From: Oscillospiraceae bacterium
GTDB taxonomy: Bacteria > Bacillota > Clostridia > Oscillospirales > CAG-272
Assembly: GCA_015064255.1 (NCBI GenBank)
Contig: SVSP01000009.1
Coordinates: forward strand, 4,062 to 68,061
Direction: 5' to 3'
DNA length: 64,000 nt
Shown: positions 1-9,419 of the stretch, in pieces
Layout of the letters: the number at the start of each line of letters is the position of its first letter
Position numbering within the stretch: position 1 is the first letter of the stretch
Program-made: the position numbers and the translations under genes
Notes under the pieces: model-generated
Databases searched by the model: none
What the model was told of the DNA's origin: nothing
Seen by the model: only the letters and a program-made list of their open reading frames with translations

Positions 1-476
1 ACGTTGTTCTCTATGCGCCATTTTTCCCATACCGCAAACATATTTTCAGAGGCGCCGATTTTGATCTTCAGCTCAAAAGCCTTTTCAAAATCGCCCGATG
101 CCTCGGATTTCGACAGCTCGGCATACTGCGCACCAAGCCACTGATCGCGGATAAATATTTCGGCTTGCAGTGCAGAAACAAAGCGCATTTTTTCTTCTTC
201 GCTGATACTTTGATAAAGTGTACTGAGTTTTGGATATTTGTGTATTTCCCTTCTGATAAATACATTTCTCTTTTTCAAGCACTCTTCTATTTTAGAGCTG
301 TCGGAGCCGTAGAGCAGTCCTGCATTTGAGCAAAAATTATATATACCGTATTCAAGCTGAACAGCTTTTCTCTCCGTAGAGTTTTCCTTCGGAATCATAT
401 CCAGCCTGTTTTTACATTCAATGCACTTTTCTTTTGTAATACTTGCGATAGCTTTATAAGTTTCAAGATATGTCAT
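1..476 (-). CDS. hypothetical protein; C-terminal part lies beyond the window edge
   Basis: Hand-translated minus-strand frame from ATG (plus-strand CAT 474-476) to position 1 without a stop: MTYLETYKAIASITKEKCIECKNRLDMIPKEN... AGGAG RBS (plus ctcct 483-487). Not in the ORF track because no stop lies inside the window. No family recognised. Confidence 0.55.
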   Translation of the reverse strand, partial: MTYLETYKAIASITKEKCIECKNRLDMIPKENSTERKAVQLEYGIYNFCSNAGLLYGSDSSKIEECLKKRNVFIRREIHKYPKLSTLYQSISEEEKMRFVSALQAEIFIRDQWLGAQYAELSKSEASGDFEKAFELKIKIGASENMFAVWEKWRIENN

Positions 477-610
477 TTTAATCTCCTTTAAACTACATCG
501 TTCTTCTGTGTGATCACACTGATATTATACATATCTAATCACTTTATGTCAATACTGATTTGATGGATTTCTAATCATTCTACCGATGGTTGAATCAGAG
601 ACAGATACAA

Positions 611-637
611 AAAAGCTCGGCATTTCACCGAGCTTTT
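611..637 (-). terminator. intrinsic terminator of the GH43 gene
   Basis: AAAAGCTCGG / CCGAGCTTTT 10-bp stem with 7-nt loop. On the minus strand it is followed by a U-run. It sits just past the stop at 648. Confidence 0.75.
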
Positions 638-647
638 AAAATATTAG

Positions 648-1583
648 TTAGTCAAGAACTGTAAGTTCTTCATCGGGGGAGGTAGGCGCGCCGAAATTCG
701 GAATTCCGTTTTCCCACGTTACGTGCTGAATGAAAAGTCTGCGTCCACCCCAGCCTGTACCCGATACGGGATTTCCGTGGAAAATCATATAATCTTCGCT
801 GCCGTCTTTCGATGTTGTAAAGGAGCAGTGTCCGGGTCCATAGCAGTATTCGTTCTTTTCAAATACGGGATAATCGTACTTCTTCCAAGAATTTATATCC
901 ATAGGATCATTACCAATAAATTCCATAAGACCGAGGCAATATTCATCAGACCAGCTTCCCGACGCGGAATAAACAAGGAAGGTTCTTCCGTTTCTCTTAA
1001 GAATTACCGGACCTTCGTTTATTGTGGGAAGACCGTTTGTACAGCATCTCTTTTCCCATTCGTACTCGGGATATGAAAGGAGTATACGCTTTGTATCTAT
1101 GGTTACGGGGTCGCTCATATGAGCAATATAAAGAATCTGTGCAACGTTTTCGTCGCCTTTCCAGCCTGACCATATGAAATAGTGCTCACCGTCGCAGTTA
1201 AATACAGTTCCGTCTATTGCCCATTTGTTCGTATCGTCCGATATTTTACCGAGCATCTCGTATTCGCCCGTAGGGTCGTCTGTTTTGGCTTTGAGACAAT
1301 ACATTCTGTGGGTTTCGTTACGTCCGTCGTCTGCCGCAACGTAAATATACCACCATCCGTTTATCTTATGAAGCTCGGGTGCCCAATATTCTTTTGAGTA
1401 CATTCCGTCTTCGGGTGCGCGGTACGATACTGCACCTTCCTTGCGCGAGATATCTGCAAGGCTGTCACTTTTTGTAACCGCAACGCCGTTACCTATACTG
1501 TAACAGTAATAATAAGTATCTCCGTCAAGTATTACCCACGGATCTGCTGCGTGCTGAGGAAGCGGGTTTCTGTAAGTTTTCAT
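648..1583 (-). CDS. glycoside hydrolase family 43 (arabinofuranosidase/xylosidase-type five-bladed propeller)
   Basis: 311-aa ORF with ADPWVILDGDTYYY and YWAPELH motifs typical of GH43. AAAGGAA RBS upstream. Confidence 0.8.
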   Translation of the reverse strand: MKTYRNPLPQHAADPWVILDGDTYYYCYSIGNGVAVTKSDSLADISRKEGAVSYRAPEDGMYSKEYWAPELHKINGWWYIYVAADDGRNETHRMYCLKAKTDDPTGEYEMLGKISDDTNKWAIDGTVFNCDGEHYFIWSGWKGDENVAQILYIAHMSDPVTIDTKRILLSYPEYEWEKRCCTNGLPTINEGPVILKRNGRTFLVYSASGSWSDEYCLGLMEFIGNDPMDINSWKKYDYPVFEKNEYCYGPGHCSFTTSKDGSEDYMIFHGNPVSGTGWGGRRLFIQHVTWENGIPNFGAPTSPDEELTVLD

Positions 1584-1613
1584 AACAAATTCCTTTCTCT
1601 GTTAAAATATTTC

Positions 1614-2294
1614 TTAGGTAAACGTAATTGTTTTTATTATTTTATCTATTGATCTGATCTTAAATAATCGGTAAAGCATACAAGCTCCGACGACGTTCAA
1701 AATCAAATCATCAATATCAAATGCGCCTGTCAGAAGAAGCAGCTGCAGAATTTCAGCCGACAAAACTATAGCTATCATCGAAAACAAGAAGAGTCCGAAT
1801 GATTTTTGCTTATCAAAAATCAAAGGCAGGAAAAAGGCAAACGGTGCAAAAGCAGCGAGATTTCCGAATATGTTTACTGCAAATACTATCGGTGAGACAA
1901 CCCCTGAAAACACGCCCGTTAGAAACTCAAAGACCGTTCTTAACGGTATAAGATTCACGGAAGTGCTAAAATATTCTTTGAACGCATCTTTCGTCCAATT
2001 GGGAATATTTTCAACCCCTGCTCTGCCAAAATAACCGTCAAAAAGGACAAGAGTGATAAGAAACACTATGTACAGAAGGAAAAACACAAAAAATGTAATT
2101 TTCATAAGTCTTTGACCGTTACACTTGATAAGTGTTTTCGCACATATAAGACTTGCCAAATATCCCAAAGTACAGGAAAGTATAAGAATTATCAGACGTG
2201 CATAAGGAGATACCTCCGATATAAAATATACTGTCAGAAAAAACAAGGCAAGTATATACAAGAAAAACGATAAAATACGCAAATATTTATTCAT
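1614..2294 (-). CDS. VanZ-like integral membrane protein
   Basis: Multi-TM ORF with NIFGNLAAFAPFAFFLP, a VanZ-family hallmark. Start placed at ATG 2292-2294 (MNKYLRIL), which has an AAAGGAA RBS. The track start at 2333 is a GTG 39 nt upstream. Confidence 0.7.
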   Translation of the reverse strand: MNKYLRILSFFLYILALFFLTVYFISEVSPYARLIILILSCTLGYLASLICAKTLIKCNGQRLMKITFFVFFLLYIVFLITLVLFDGYFGRAGVENIPNWTKDAFKEYFSTSVNLIPLRTVFEFLTGVFSGVVSPIVFAVNIFGNLAAFAPFAFFLPLIFDKQKSFGLFLFSMIAIVLSAEILQLLLLTGAFDIDDLILNVVGACMLYRLFKIRSIDKIIKTITFT

Positions 2295-2371
2295 ACGCTT
2301 ATTCCTTTTATCTTTATAAGGTAAGTATAACACACTACTTCAAAAAAATCAAACATTTTTTGAAATTTTAC

Positions 2372-2400
2372 TTGACAAACATATATGAATATGTTATCAT
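2372..2400 (+). promoter_or_regulatory. sigma-A type promoter of the metal-resistance operon
   Basis: TTGACA (2372-2377), 17-nt spacer, TATCAT (2395-2400). Confidence 0.7.
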
Positions 2401-2420
2401 ATGAATGTAAATTCATATGA
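2381..2420. promoter_or_regulatory. ArsR/SmtB-type operator (palindrome)
   Basis: Perfect 10-4-10 palindrome TCATATGAAT-gtaa-ATTCATATGA (2397-2420), plus a third half-site ATATATGAAT (2381-2390). It overlaps the -10 box and the transcript start. Confidence 0.65.
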
Positions 2421-2434
2421 AAGGAAATTCACAT

Positions 2435-2776
2435 ATGGCAGAACACGTACACGATCACAGCGAGGAGCTTCGCAAAGGCAAGGAACAGCTTCCGACCGAA
2501 GATGATCTCAAATATCTCTGCGAACTATTTAAAGTATTCGGCGAACGTTCAAGAATACGGATACTGTATGCACTTTCCGAAACCGAGCTCTGTGTTTTTG
2601 CAATATCACAGCTTCTCGAAATGGAGCAATCTGCAGTTTCTCATCAGCTTAAGATACTTAAAGATGCCCATCTTGTTGACAGCCGCCGCGACGGAAAGAC
2701 AAACGTATATTTTCTTGCAGACCGACACGTTCGGACGATCATAGAGCAAGGCTACGAACACATCAAAGAAATTTAA
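2435..2776 (+). CDS. ArsR/SmtB-family metalloregulator, alpha5-site (Zn/Co-sensing) type
   Basis: wHTH core ELCVFAISQLLEMEQSAVSHQLKILKDAHLV. C-terminal DRHVRTIIEQGYEHIKE fits DxHx10Hx2E of SmtB/CzrA. His-rich N-terminus HVHDH. ATG 2435 has an AAAGGA RBS; the track start 2417 lies inside the operator. Confidence 0.8.
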   Translation: MAEHVHDHSEELRKGKEQLPTEDDLKYLCELFKVFGERSRIRILYALSETELCVFAISQLLEMEQSAVSHQLKILKDAHLVDSRRDGKTNVYFLADRHVRTIIEQGYEHIKEI

Positions 2777-2805
2777 TAAAAAATTATTTTAAAGGAATCG
2801 GAAAA

Positions 2806-3030
2806 ATGATAGTTAAAAAGTCATATAAGCTTGAAAATCTAGACTGCGCAAACTGTGCTGCCAAGATGGAAGAAAGAATCAAAAAAATCGAAGGAGTCGT
2901 TTCGGCAAGCGTAAGCTTCATAATGCAGAAGCTCGTAATCGAAGCAGAGGAAAAAGAGCTTGAAAAGATAGTTAAACAGGCAGCAAAAATATGCCGCAAG
3001 GTCGATTCTGACTGCCGCGTAATTTTATGA
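2806..3030 (+). CDS. stand-alone heavy-metal-associated (HMA) domain protein
   Basis: 74 aa with LDCANCAAKMEERI (CxxC metal-binding loop), in the usual HMA position near the N-terminus. Confidence 0.8.
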   Translation: MIVKKSYKLENLDCANCAAKMEERIKKIEGVVSASVSFIMQKLVIEAEEKELEKIVKQAAKICRKVDSDCRVIL

Positions 3031-3037
3031 GGATATT

Positions 3038-4879
3038 ATGACAAGAAAGCAAAGAAAAATACTCTTTCGCATAATAATCTCGGCTGTCTTACTTATCGGT
3101 GCGGCAGTAATCCCGTTTGAAGAGCCGTTCAAGTTAATCGCGTTTCTCCTGCCGTATGCAGTTATTTCTTACGACATAATAATAAAATCAATAAGAAACA
3201 TATTCCACGGAGAAATTTTCGACGAGAATTTCCTTATGATGATAGCATCTGTCGGAGCGTTTTTTATAAACGAGTATCCGGAAGCCGTGCTTGTAATAAT
3301 TCTTTATCAGGTCGGAGAGCTTTTTCAGGCTGTTGCAGTCGGCAAAAGCAGAAAATCTATCAGCGAGCTTGCAAATCTTTGCCCCGACACCGTATCCGTT
3401 ATACGAAACGGAGAGGAAATTTATCTTTCTCCCGAAGAAATATTTGAAGGTGAAACAATCGTCATACGTCCGGGTGAGCGCATCCCGCTTGACGGAAAGA
3501 TAATTGAAGGCCGAAGCGACATCGACACGTCGGCGCTTACCGGCGAATCCTTTCCGCGCTCCTATTTCGAAGGGGATAGCGTTATCAGCGGTTCTCTTAA
3601 TTTAAACGGTCTTTTGAAGGTGCAGGTAAGTTCTTCATACGGTGAAAGCACCATATCAAAAATAATTACACTCATCGAGGAATCTTCTACGAAGAAAGCA
3701 ACTGTCGAGAATTTTATTACCAAGTTTGCGCGTTATTATACACCCTGCGTGGTAATATCTGCACTTGCGCTTGCAATTCTTCCGCCCCTGCTCTTCTCTG
3801 CCGATTTCTCCGATTGGCTTACCCGAGCCCTTATTTTCCTCGTAGTTTCCTGTCCGTGTGCTCTTGTTATCTCTGTTCCGCTTTCCTTCTTCGGTGGTAT
3901 CGGCGGAGCTTCAAAAAACGGAATACTCTTTAAAAGCTCAAGCTACATTGAAATACTTTCAAAGAGCGATATTTTGGTATTTGACAAAACAGGTACTCTT
4001 ACCGAAGGTACTTTTGAGGTCAGCGAAATTTACTCTGAAAAGATGGATAAATCCGAGCTTCTTGAGCTTACAGCACTTGCCGAGAGCTATTCAAATCACC
4101 CTGTGGCACTTTCGATAGTTGCCTCGTGCGAAAATACGCTCGACAAAGCGCGTGTTTCGTCGGTAAACGAGATTGCAGGCATGGGAATTTCCGCCGTAAT
4201 AGACGGCAAAAATTTGCTCGTAGGCAACTCTAAATTTATGGAGGAGCATTCCGTTAAGACGCCTGCGGTAGAGCTTACCGCTGTACACGTTGCAAGAGAG
4301 CGTGAGTATCTCGGATACATTCTTCTTTCGGATAAGGTTAAAGAGGATGCTTTTGCAAGCATTTCAGCAGCTAAAAAATTCGGCATCAAGAAAACGGTAA
4401 TGCTCACGGGTGATTCAAAAGAAATTGCCGAAAAGGTAGGAGCTGAGCTCGGTATCGACGAGATACGCGCTTCTCTGCTCCCTGCCGACAAGGTTTATGA
4501 GTTTGAAAAGATTTCCGAAAGTAAAGTAAAGAAATCCTACGTTGCTTTTGTAGGCGATGGAATAAACGATGCTCCCGTTATGACAGCAGCAGACGTTTCG
4601 ATAGCTATGAAAAAATCGGGCAGCGATATCGCGCTTGAAGCTGCGGACGTTGTTATTATAAACGACAGAGTTTCATCTGTCTTGAAAGCTATCAAAATAT
4701 CGAAAAAAACTATGCGTATCGTGCATCAGAATATTATTTTTGCACTTTCTTCCAAGGGTATCGTTCTTATTCTCGGTGCTCTCGGATTTGCAAATATGTG
4801 GATAGCGATTTTTGCGGACGTGGGAATACTTATTCTTGCTGTGCTCAACGCTATGCGCACACTAAAAAAAGAAAAATAA
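3038..4879 (+). CDS. cadA: P1B-type heavy-metal translocating ATPase (Cd/Zn/Co exporter type)
   Basis: 613 aa. Transmembrane CPC (SCPCALVIS), DKTGTLT phosphorylation site, GDGINDAP hinge. GAGGA RBS. No fused N-terminal HMA; it is the separate upstream ORF. Confidence 0.85.
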   Translation: MTRKQRKILFRIIISAVLLIGAAVIPFEEPFKLIAFLLPYAVISYDIIIKSIRNIFHGEIFDENFLMMIASVGAFFINEYPEAVLVIILYQVGELFQAVAVGKSRKSISELANLCPDTVSVIRNGEEIYLSPEEIFEGETIVIRPGERIPLDGKIIEGRSDIDTSALTGESFPRSYFEGDSVISGSLNLNGLLKVQVSSSYGESTISKIITLIEESSTKKATVENFITKFARYYTPCVVISALALAILPPLLFSADFSDWLTRALIFLVVSCPCALVISVPLSFFGGIGGASKNGILFKSSSYIEILSKSDILVFDKTGTLTEGTFEVSEIYSEKMDKSELLELTALAESYSNHPVALSIVASCENTLDKARVSSVNEIAGMGISAVIDGKNLLVGNSKFMEEHSVKTPAVELTAVHVAREREYLGYILLSDKVKEDAFASISAAKKFGIKKTVMLTGDSKEIAEKVGAELGIDEIRASLLPADKVYEFEKISESKVKKSYVAFVGDGINDAPVMTAADVSIAMKKSGSDIALEAADVVIINDRVSSVLKAIKISKKTMRIVHQNIIFALSSKGIVLILGALGFANMWIAIFADVGILILAVLNAMRTLKKEK

Positions 4880-4902
4880 ACATTTAAGAAAGGACAGTAA
4901 AA

Positions 4903-5637
4903 ATGCTTGAACTTAAAAATATTACTTTTACGTTACCCGACGGGAAAAACATAACAGATAATATAACTCTTACTATTCCCGACGGAAAAATGATAGCAAT
5001 AACAGGACCAAACGGAGGTGGAAAAACCACACTTGCCAAGTTAATAATCGGAATACAGCGCGCAAGCTCGGGACAGATCATATTTAACGGTCAGGATATA
5101 ACCGACCTCTCTGTCAGCGAAAGAGCAAACTGCGGTATCAGCTACGGATTTCAGATACCCGTAACCTTTAAAGGCTTTACCGTACGCGATATTTTAAATC
5201 TTGCCGCAGGCCGTGAGCTTTCGCTTGACGAGTGCAAAGAACTTCTCGGTACCGTCGGACTCTGCGCTCACGATTATATAAACCGCGAGCTTAACAAGAG
5301 TCTTTCGGGCGGCGAAATGAAGAGAATCGAGATCGCCACCGTGCTCGCACGCGGTGACAAAACATATCTCAGCATATTTGACGAGCCCGAGGCAGGAATA
5401 GACATCTGGAGCTTCAGAGAGCTTATCGGTGTTCTTGACGGGCTCAGAAGCAACAAAAAATGCTCACAGATCATTATTTCTCATCAGGAGCGTCTTCTCG
5501 AAACTGCAGACGAGATCGTTCTTGTGGCAGGCGGAAAGATTGAGGCAGTGGGTACTCCCGATGAAATTTTACCGCTTCTGCGAATGGAAAACACATCCGG
5601 CTGCGATTGCCCCAAAGGAAGGACGGTGAGCAAATAA
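4903..5637 (+). CDS. sufC: SufC-like Fe-S assembly ABC ATPase
   Basis: Walker A GPNGGGKTT, signature LSGGEMKR, Walker B LSIFDEPEAGID. About 245 aa and directly followed by a SufB/D-like gene. Unusual Cys tail SGCDCPKG. Confidence 0.7.
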   Translation: MLELKNITFTLPDGKNITDNITLTIPDGKMIAITGPNGGGKTTLAKLIIGIQRASSGQIIFNGQDITDLSVSERANCGISYGFQIPVTFKGFTVRDILNLAAGRELSLDECKELLGTVGLCAHDYINRELNKSLSGGEMKRIEIATVLARGDKTYLSIFDEPEAGIDIWSFRELIGVLDGLRSNKKCSQIIISHQERLLETADEIVLVAGGKIEAVGTPDEILPLLRMENTSGCDCPKGRTVSK

Positions 5638-5638
5638 T

Positions 5639-6556
5639 ATGAATAATATTACAGAAAAAATGCTCAAGATCATCACCGATTACGGAAATCTTGAGAAAGC
5701 ATCGTACAATATCCGCGAGGACGGAGAATGCGTCGGTAGAAGATCTACCAAAAACGTAAGTATTGAACCGCTTTTTGACCGATCGGGTATAGAAATAAAA
5801 GTAAAGCCCAATACGAAAGGCGAAACTGTATATATTCCCGCGTGTCTTACAAAATCCGGAGTAAACGACCTTGTATATAATGATTTCTACATCGGCGAGA
5901 ATTCGGACGTTACGATAGTTGCAGGATGTGCAGTCCATACTGACGGCGAAGAAGAATCGCTCCACAATGGAATACACAGATTCTTCCTTGGAAAATACTC
6001 CAAAGTAACCTATATTGAAAAGCATATCGGCGAAGGAAACGGTGATGGCGCACGCAAGATAGACCCCGTTACCGAAATAGAGCTTGAAGAAGGCGCTTCA
6101 ATTATCCTTGACACTCTTCAGATAGGCGGAGTTGACTATTCTGACAGAAAGACTATAGCAAAGCTCGCTTCAAAGGCAAAAATGCTCGTTCGCGAAAGAA
6201 TAATGACCGACAAGGATGAAAAAGCTATCACCGATTTTGAAGTCGAACTAAACGGAGAAGACAGCGGAGTTGACATTATTTCGCGCTCTGTTGCAAAAGG
6301 TAATTCTTATCAAGGGTACTCCTCAAAAATCATCGGACGTACACGTTGCACAGGTCATTCCGAATGTGATGCCATTCTTTCGGAAAACGGCAGAGTTGAC
6401 GCGACCCCCTCGCTTACGGCAGAGTCAAAGGATGCCTCTCTTATTCACGAAGCTGCTATCGGAAAGATAGCCGGTGAACAGATAATCAAGCTCTGCTCTC
6501 TCGGACTTACCGAGGAAGAAGCCGAAAGAAAAATTATCGAAGGATTCCTTAAATAA
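5639..6556 (+). CDS. SufB/SufD-family Fe-S scaffold-like protein (short, about 305 aa)
   Basis: Adjacent to the sufC-like gene with a 1-nt gap. C-terminal LGLTEEEAERKIIEGFL resembles the conserved SufB/SufD tail. Length fits the minimal SufB-like proteins of anaerobes. Confidence 0.6.
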   Translation: MNNITEKMLKIITDYGNLEKASYNIREDGECVGRRSTKNVSIEPLFDRSGIEIKVKPNTKGETVYIPACLTKSGVNDLVYNDFYIGENSDVTIVAGCAVHTDGEEESLHNGIHRFFLGKYSKVTYIEKHIGEGNGDGARKIDPVTEIELEEGASIILDTLQIGGVDYSDRKTIAKLASKAKMLVRERIMTDKDEKAITDFEVELNGEDSGVDIISRSVAKGNSYQGYSSKIIGRTRCTGHSECDAILSENGRVDATPSLTAESKDASLIHEAAIGKIAGEQIIKLCSLGLTEEEAERKIIEGFLK

Positions 6557-6570
6557 TTTAAATGCCGCAA

Positions 6571-6601
6571 AAGGAGTACAGTCAAAAGATCTGTACTCCT
6601 T
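6571..6601 (+). terminator. hairpin after the suf-like pair (weak U-tract)
   Basis: AAGGAGTACAG / CTGTACTCCTT 11-bp stem, followed by AAAAAATTT rather than a clean U-run. Confidence 0.45.
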
Positions 6602-6687
6602 AAAAAATTTATAAAACACATTAACCGTTTTATCTTTCATACGACTATATATACGAAGGCGCCTTGAAACGGAAAACGGAGGAAGAA

Positions 6688-8265
6688 ATGGATAGTATAA
6701 AATTTGACAAGCTGATATGTAAGAATATGAAGTCGATATTCGGATTTGCTCTGACAAGACTCGAAAACGTTACCGAAGCCGAATGTCTTGCAAGCGATAT
6801 TCTATACGAAATTATCAGATCAGCACAAAATTTAAAGGATGAAGAGCGTTTTTACGGCTTTATATGGAAAATTGCGGAGAATACTTATATGGACTATCTC
6901 CGCAAAAAAGCAAGAAACGCAAGCCGCACAGCTGAGCTTGATAAAAATCTTGCCGACGAGTCTGAATCTGCTTTAGAAGACATCGTAAAAAAAGAAGAGC
7001 TTAATCTTCTTCGCCGAGAGCTGTCATTACTGTCAAAACAATACCGTGATACTACGGTTTTATACTATATCGAAAATTTCTCCTGCTCTGAAATATCACA
7101 AAAACTAAATATCAGCACGGAAATGGTAAAATATTATTTATTCCGCGCCAGAAAAATTATCAGAGAGGGTATGGATATGGAAAGATTATACGGTGAAAAA
7201 AGCTATCGCCCCAGCAGCTTTGAAATTGATTTTTGGGGAACAAAATCGGGAGACGATCTCGAATACCGCGATTTTCAGAGAAGAAAAATTAAAGGAAACA
7301 TTCTGCTCGCGGCATATTACACTCCCGTTACTATTCAGGAGATAAGTATTGAGCTTGGTGTCGCGCTTCCCTACCTTGAAGACGAGATCAGCTTACTTAT
7401 TGACCGCGGATATATGACTTACAAAGGCGGAAAATATCAGACTAACATTCCGATTTTTACGCTTGACTGTAGTAAAGCGATCGATGAAAAGTTAAGCGTA
7501 CTTACGAAAAATGCGGCAAAGAGATTTACAGATGCTATTGACAAATTTGATTCACGCTTCGGCAGTAGATTTGAAAATCAAAATCTTGCGCGTTGGCAGA
7601 AAATTTTACTTTGTCTGCATTATTCGCTGATTAATACCGAACACGCGCTTGAAAAGAAATATTCCGAACTGCCCGATGACGGTCCGTATTCCATTCTTAA
7701 AGACGGAGGACGCGGTATCATATGGGGAAGAAGCTTTGAGACATCAACTTCTATGGACGATGATCTTCCGCACGGTATCCAAGGTATATATAACGGTTGT
7801 CATTCAAGTGATAATTGCGGCAGTGTAATTGCGATGAACTTCAGACAGACACTTAATGCACAGCATTTTGAATATCAAATGACCGATTCCGTTGTTAATA
7901 CAGCACTTGGTTTTTTTGAATCTTTGTCAAGTGATTGGCAGAAAATTCTTGATGATCTCGGATATGCAAAAGGCGGAAAAGCCAATTTTGCGGTTTGGAC
8001 ATATGAAGAATATACCGAGCTTAGAGATATTCTTACAGAGTGTACGGATATTGTATCGGAGCTTAATCAGAAAACATCGGAAGTTGCGGCAAATATAACC
8101 GCGGATTTTGCTCCCGCCAATATCCGCAAGACAGCCGAGTACGTCGGAGCATTTGTTTACAGATTTAATTCCATTGAAAACCTGGTAAACGCCCTGTTTG
8201 ATATTGGATGGCTTAAACCACTCAATGACAAAGACAAGCCTGCTGTTTGCGTTATAAAAAATTAA
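6688..8265 (+). CDS. sigma-70/ECF-like RNA polymerase sigma factor with a long C-terminal extension
   Basis: The N-terminal 170 aa resemble sigma regions 2 and 4 (FYGFIWKIAENTYMDYLRKK; YYIENFSCSEISQKLNISTEMVKYYLFRARKIIREGM). About 350 further aa, no TM segment seen. ATG 6688 has a GGAGG RBS; the track start 6664 is TTG. Confidence 0.7.
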   Translation: MDSIKFDKLICKNMKSIFGFALTRLENVTEAECLASDILYEIIRSAQNLKDEERFYGFIWKIAENTYMDYLRKKARNASRTAELDKNLADESESALEDIVKKEELNLLRRELSLLSKQYRDTTVLYYIENFSCSEISQKLNISTEMVKYYLFRARKIIREGMDMERLYGEKSYRPSSFEIDFWGTKSGDDLEYRDFQRRKIKGNILLAAYYTPVTIQEISIELGVALPYLEDEISLLIDRGYMTYKGGKYQTNIPIFTLDCSKAIDEKLSVLTKNAAKRFTDAIDKFDSRFGSRFENQNLARWQKILLCLHYSLINTEHALEKKYSELPDDGPYSILKDGGRGIIWGRSFETSTSMDDDLPHGIQGIYNGCHSSDNCGSVIAMNFRQTLNAQHFEYQMTDSVVNTALGFFESLSSDWQKILDDLGYAKGGKANFAVWTYEEYTELRDILTECTDIVSELNQKTSEVAANITADFAPANIRKTAEYVGAFVYRFNSIENLVNALFDIGWLKPLNDKDKPAVCVIKN

Positions 8266-8272
8266 ATAAAAT

Positions 8273-8310
8273 TACCGCCGAAAGTAACCGTTCAGACACT
8301 TTCGGCGGTA
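8273..8310. terminator. bidirectional terminator between convergent sigma and GH5 genes
   Basis: TACCGCCGAAAGT / ACTTTCGGCGGTA 13-bp stem, A-rich before and T-rich after. Confidence 0.75.
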
Positions 8311-8314
8311 TTAT

Positions 8315-9406
8315 TTATATATTTCCTTTTATTATTTTTGCCATTTCCCTGCTGAGTATCTTGCGGTTATCATCGTCAACAAGGCTGAAACGGTTACCGT
8401 CATTCGGCGTGCTGAGGTAATTCCATACGCAGTAAGGAATATCGTTTTCTTTTAGGACAGTTATTACGTCGCGCATCCAATTTTCGCGCCATTCCATTTT
8501 AGCGTGGCGGATGGTCCCGAATTCTCCGCACCAAAGTATCTTATCGGGATGCTGAGCTGCAAAATCTACAGCACTCTGCAGAAAATGTCTTATGACAGAG
8601 ATATCCATACGCTCGAAATTACTGTAAGCACAAGGATTATTGCTTACAGTACGGTGGTAATCTCTGTAACGATCTATGTCATCGCACGGATAAGGCATTA
8701 CGCGGTTGTAATACAGCGGCCCTGCCTGCAAAACACCTCTCTGATGGGTAAATTCAAAGGGCGAGTAAATATGGAAGGTATATATGATATTTTCGTCGTC
8801 GTATATTCTAAGGTGTTTAAGGGTATCCGGACTGTTCCAGCAGGTCGAGCCGAGGACTATCTTTCTCGTTTTGTTTATCTTTCGTATTGCAGTTACGGTT
8901 TTATCTGCGAGCAGATTCCATTTTTCGGGATCGACGTTTCTCACCTCGTTGAGAAGCTCGAATGCTATTTGCTTTTCGTTTGCATATCTTTCCTCAAAGG
9001 CTATCCAAAGTGCTATGAATCTGTTTTGAAGCTCCTCGCTGTCGAGAAGCTCGAGATCTTCTTTAATATCGCAGTAATTTCCGATAGCTTTATGCAGATT
9101 AAGAACGATATTGATACTATATTTTTTGCACCACGACACGAAATTATCTATATGACCGAATATTTCTTCGCGGTATTTATACGGTGACTCTTCGACTACT
9201 ATCTGGTCAAATCCGAGTCTGATATGATCCATACCGATATCTGCTATATATTTTACATCATTTTCGGTTATATACGTAGCGAAATGCTCCATATCACCTA
9301 CGGTAAGACAAAGACGTCTGTTCTCTTCGAGTACGTTAAAACGTTTATAGTTTGTCAGCCATCCGCCTATTCCCATACCGTGTTCAAATCCAACGAATTT
9401 TTTCAT
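8315..9406 (-). CDS. glycoside hydrolase family 5 (cellulase/mannanase-type)
   Basis: FELLNEV (acid/base NE) and WCGEFG (nucleophile E) motifs. Start at MKKFVGFEHGMGIGGW with a GGAG RBS; the track start is 42 nt upstream. Confidence 0.75.
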   Translation of the reverse strand: MKKFVGFEHGMGIGGWLTNYKRFNVLEENRRLCLTVGDMEHFATYITENDVKYIADIGMDHIRLGFDQIVVEESPYKYREEIFGHIDNFVSWCKKYSINIVLNLHKAIGNYCDIKEDLELLDSEELQNRFIALWIAFEERYANEKQIAFELLNEVRNVDPEKWNLLADKTVTAIRKINKTRKIVLGSTCWNSPDTLKHLRIYDDENIIYTFHIYSPFEFTHQRGVLQAGPLYYNRVMPYPCDDIDRYRDYHRTVSNNPCAYSNFERMDISVIRHFLQSAVDFAAQHPDKILWCGEFGTIRHAKMEWRENWMRDVITVLKENDIPYCVWNYLSTPNDGNRFSLVDDDNRKILSREMAKIIKGNI

Positions 9407-9419
9407 TTTGATCTCCAAG

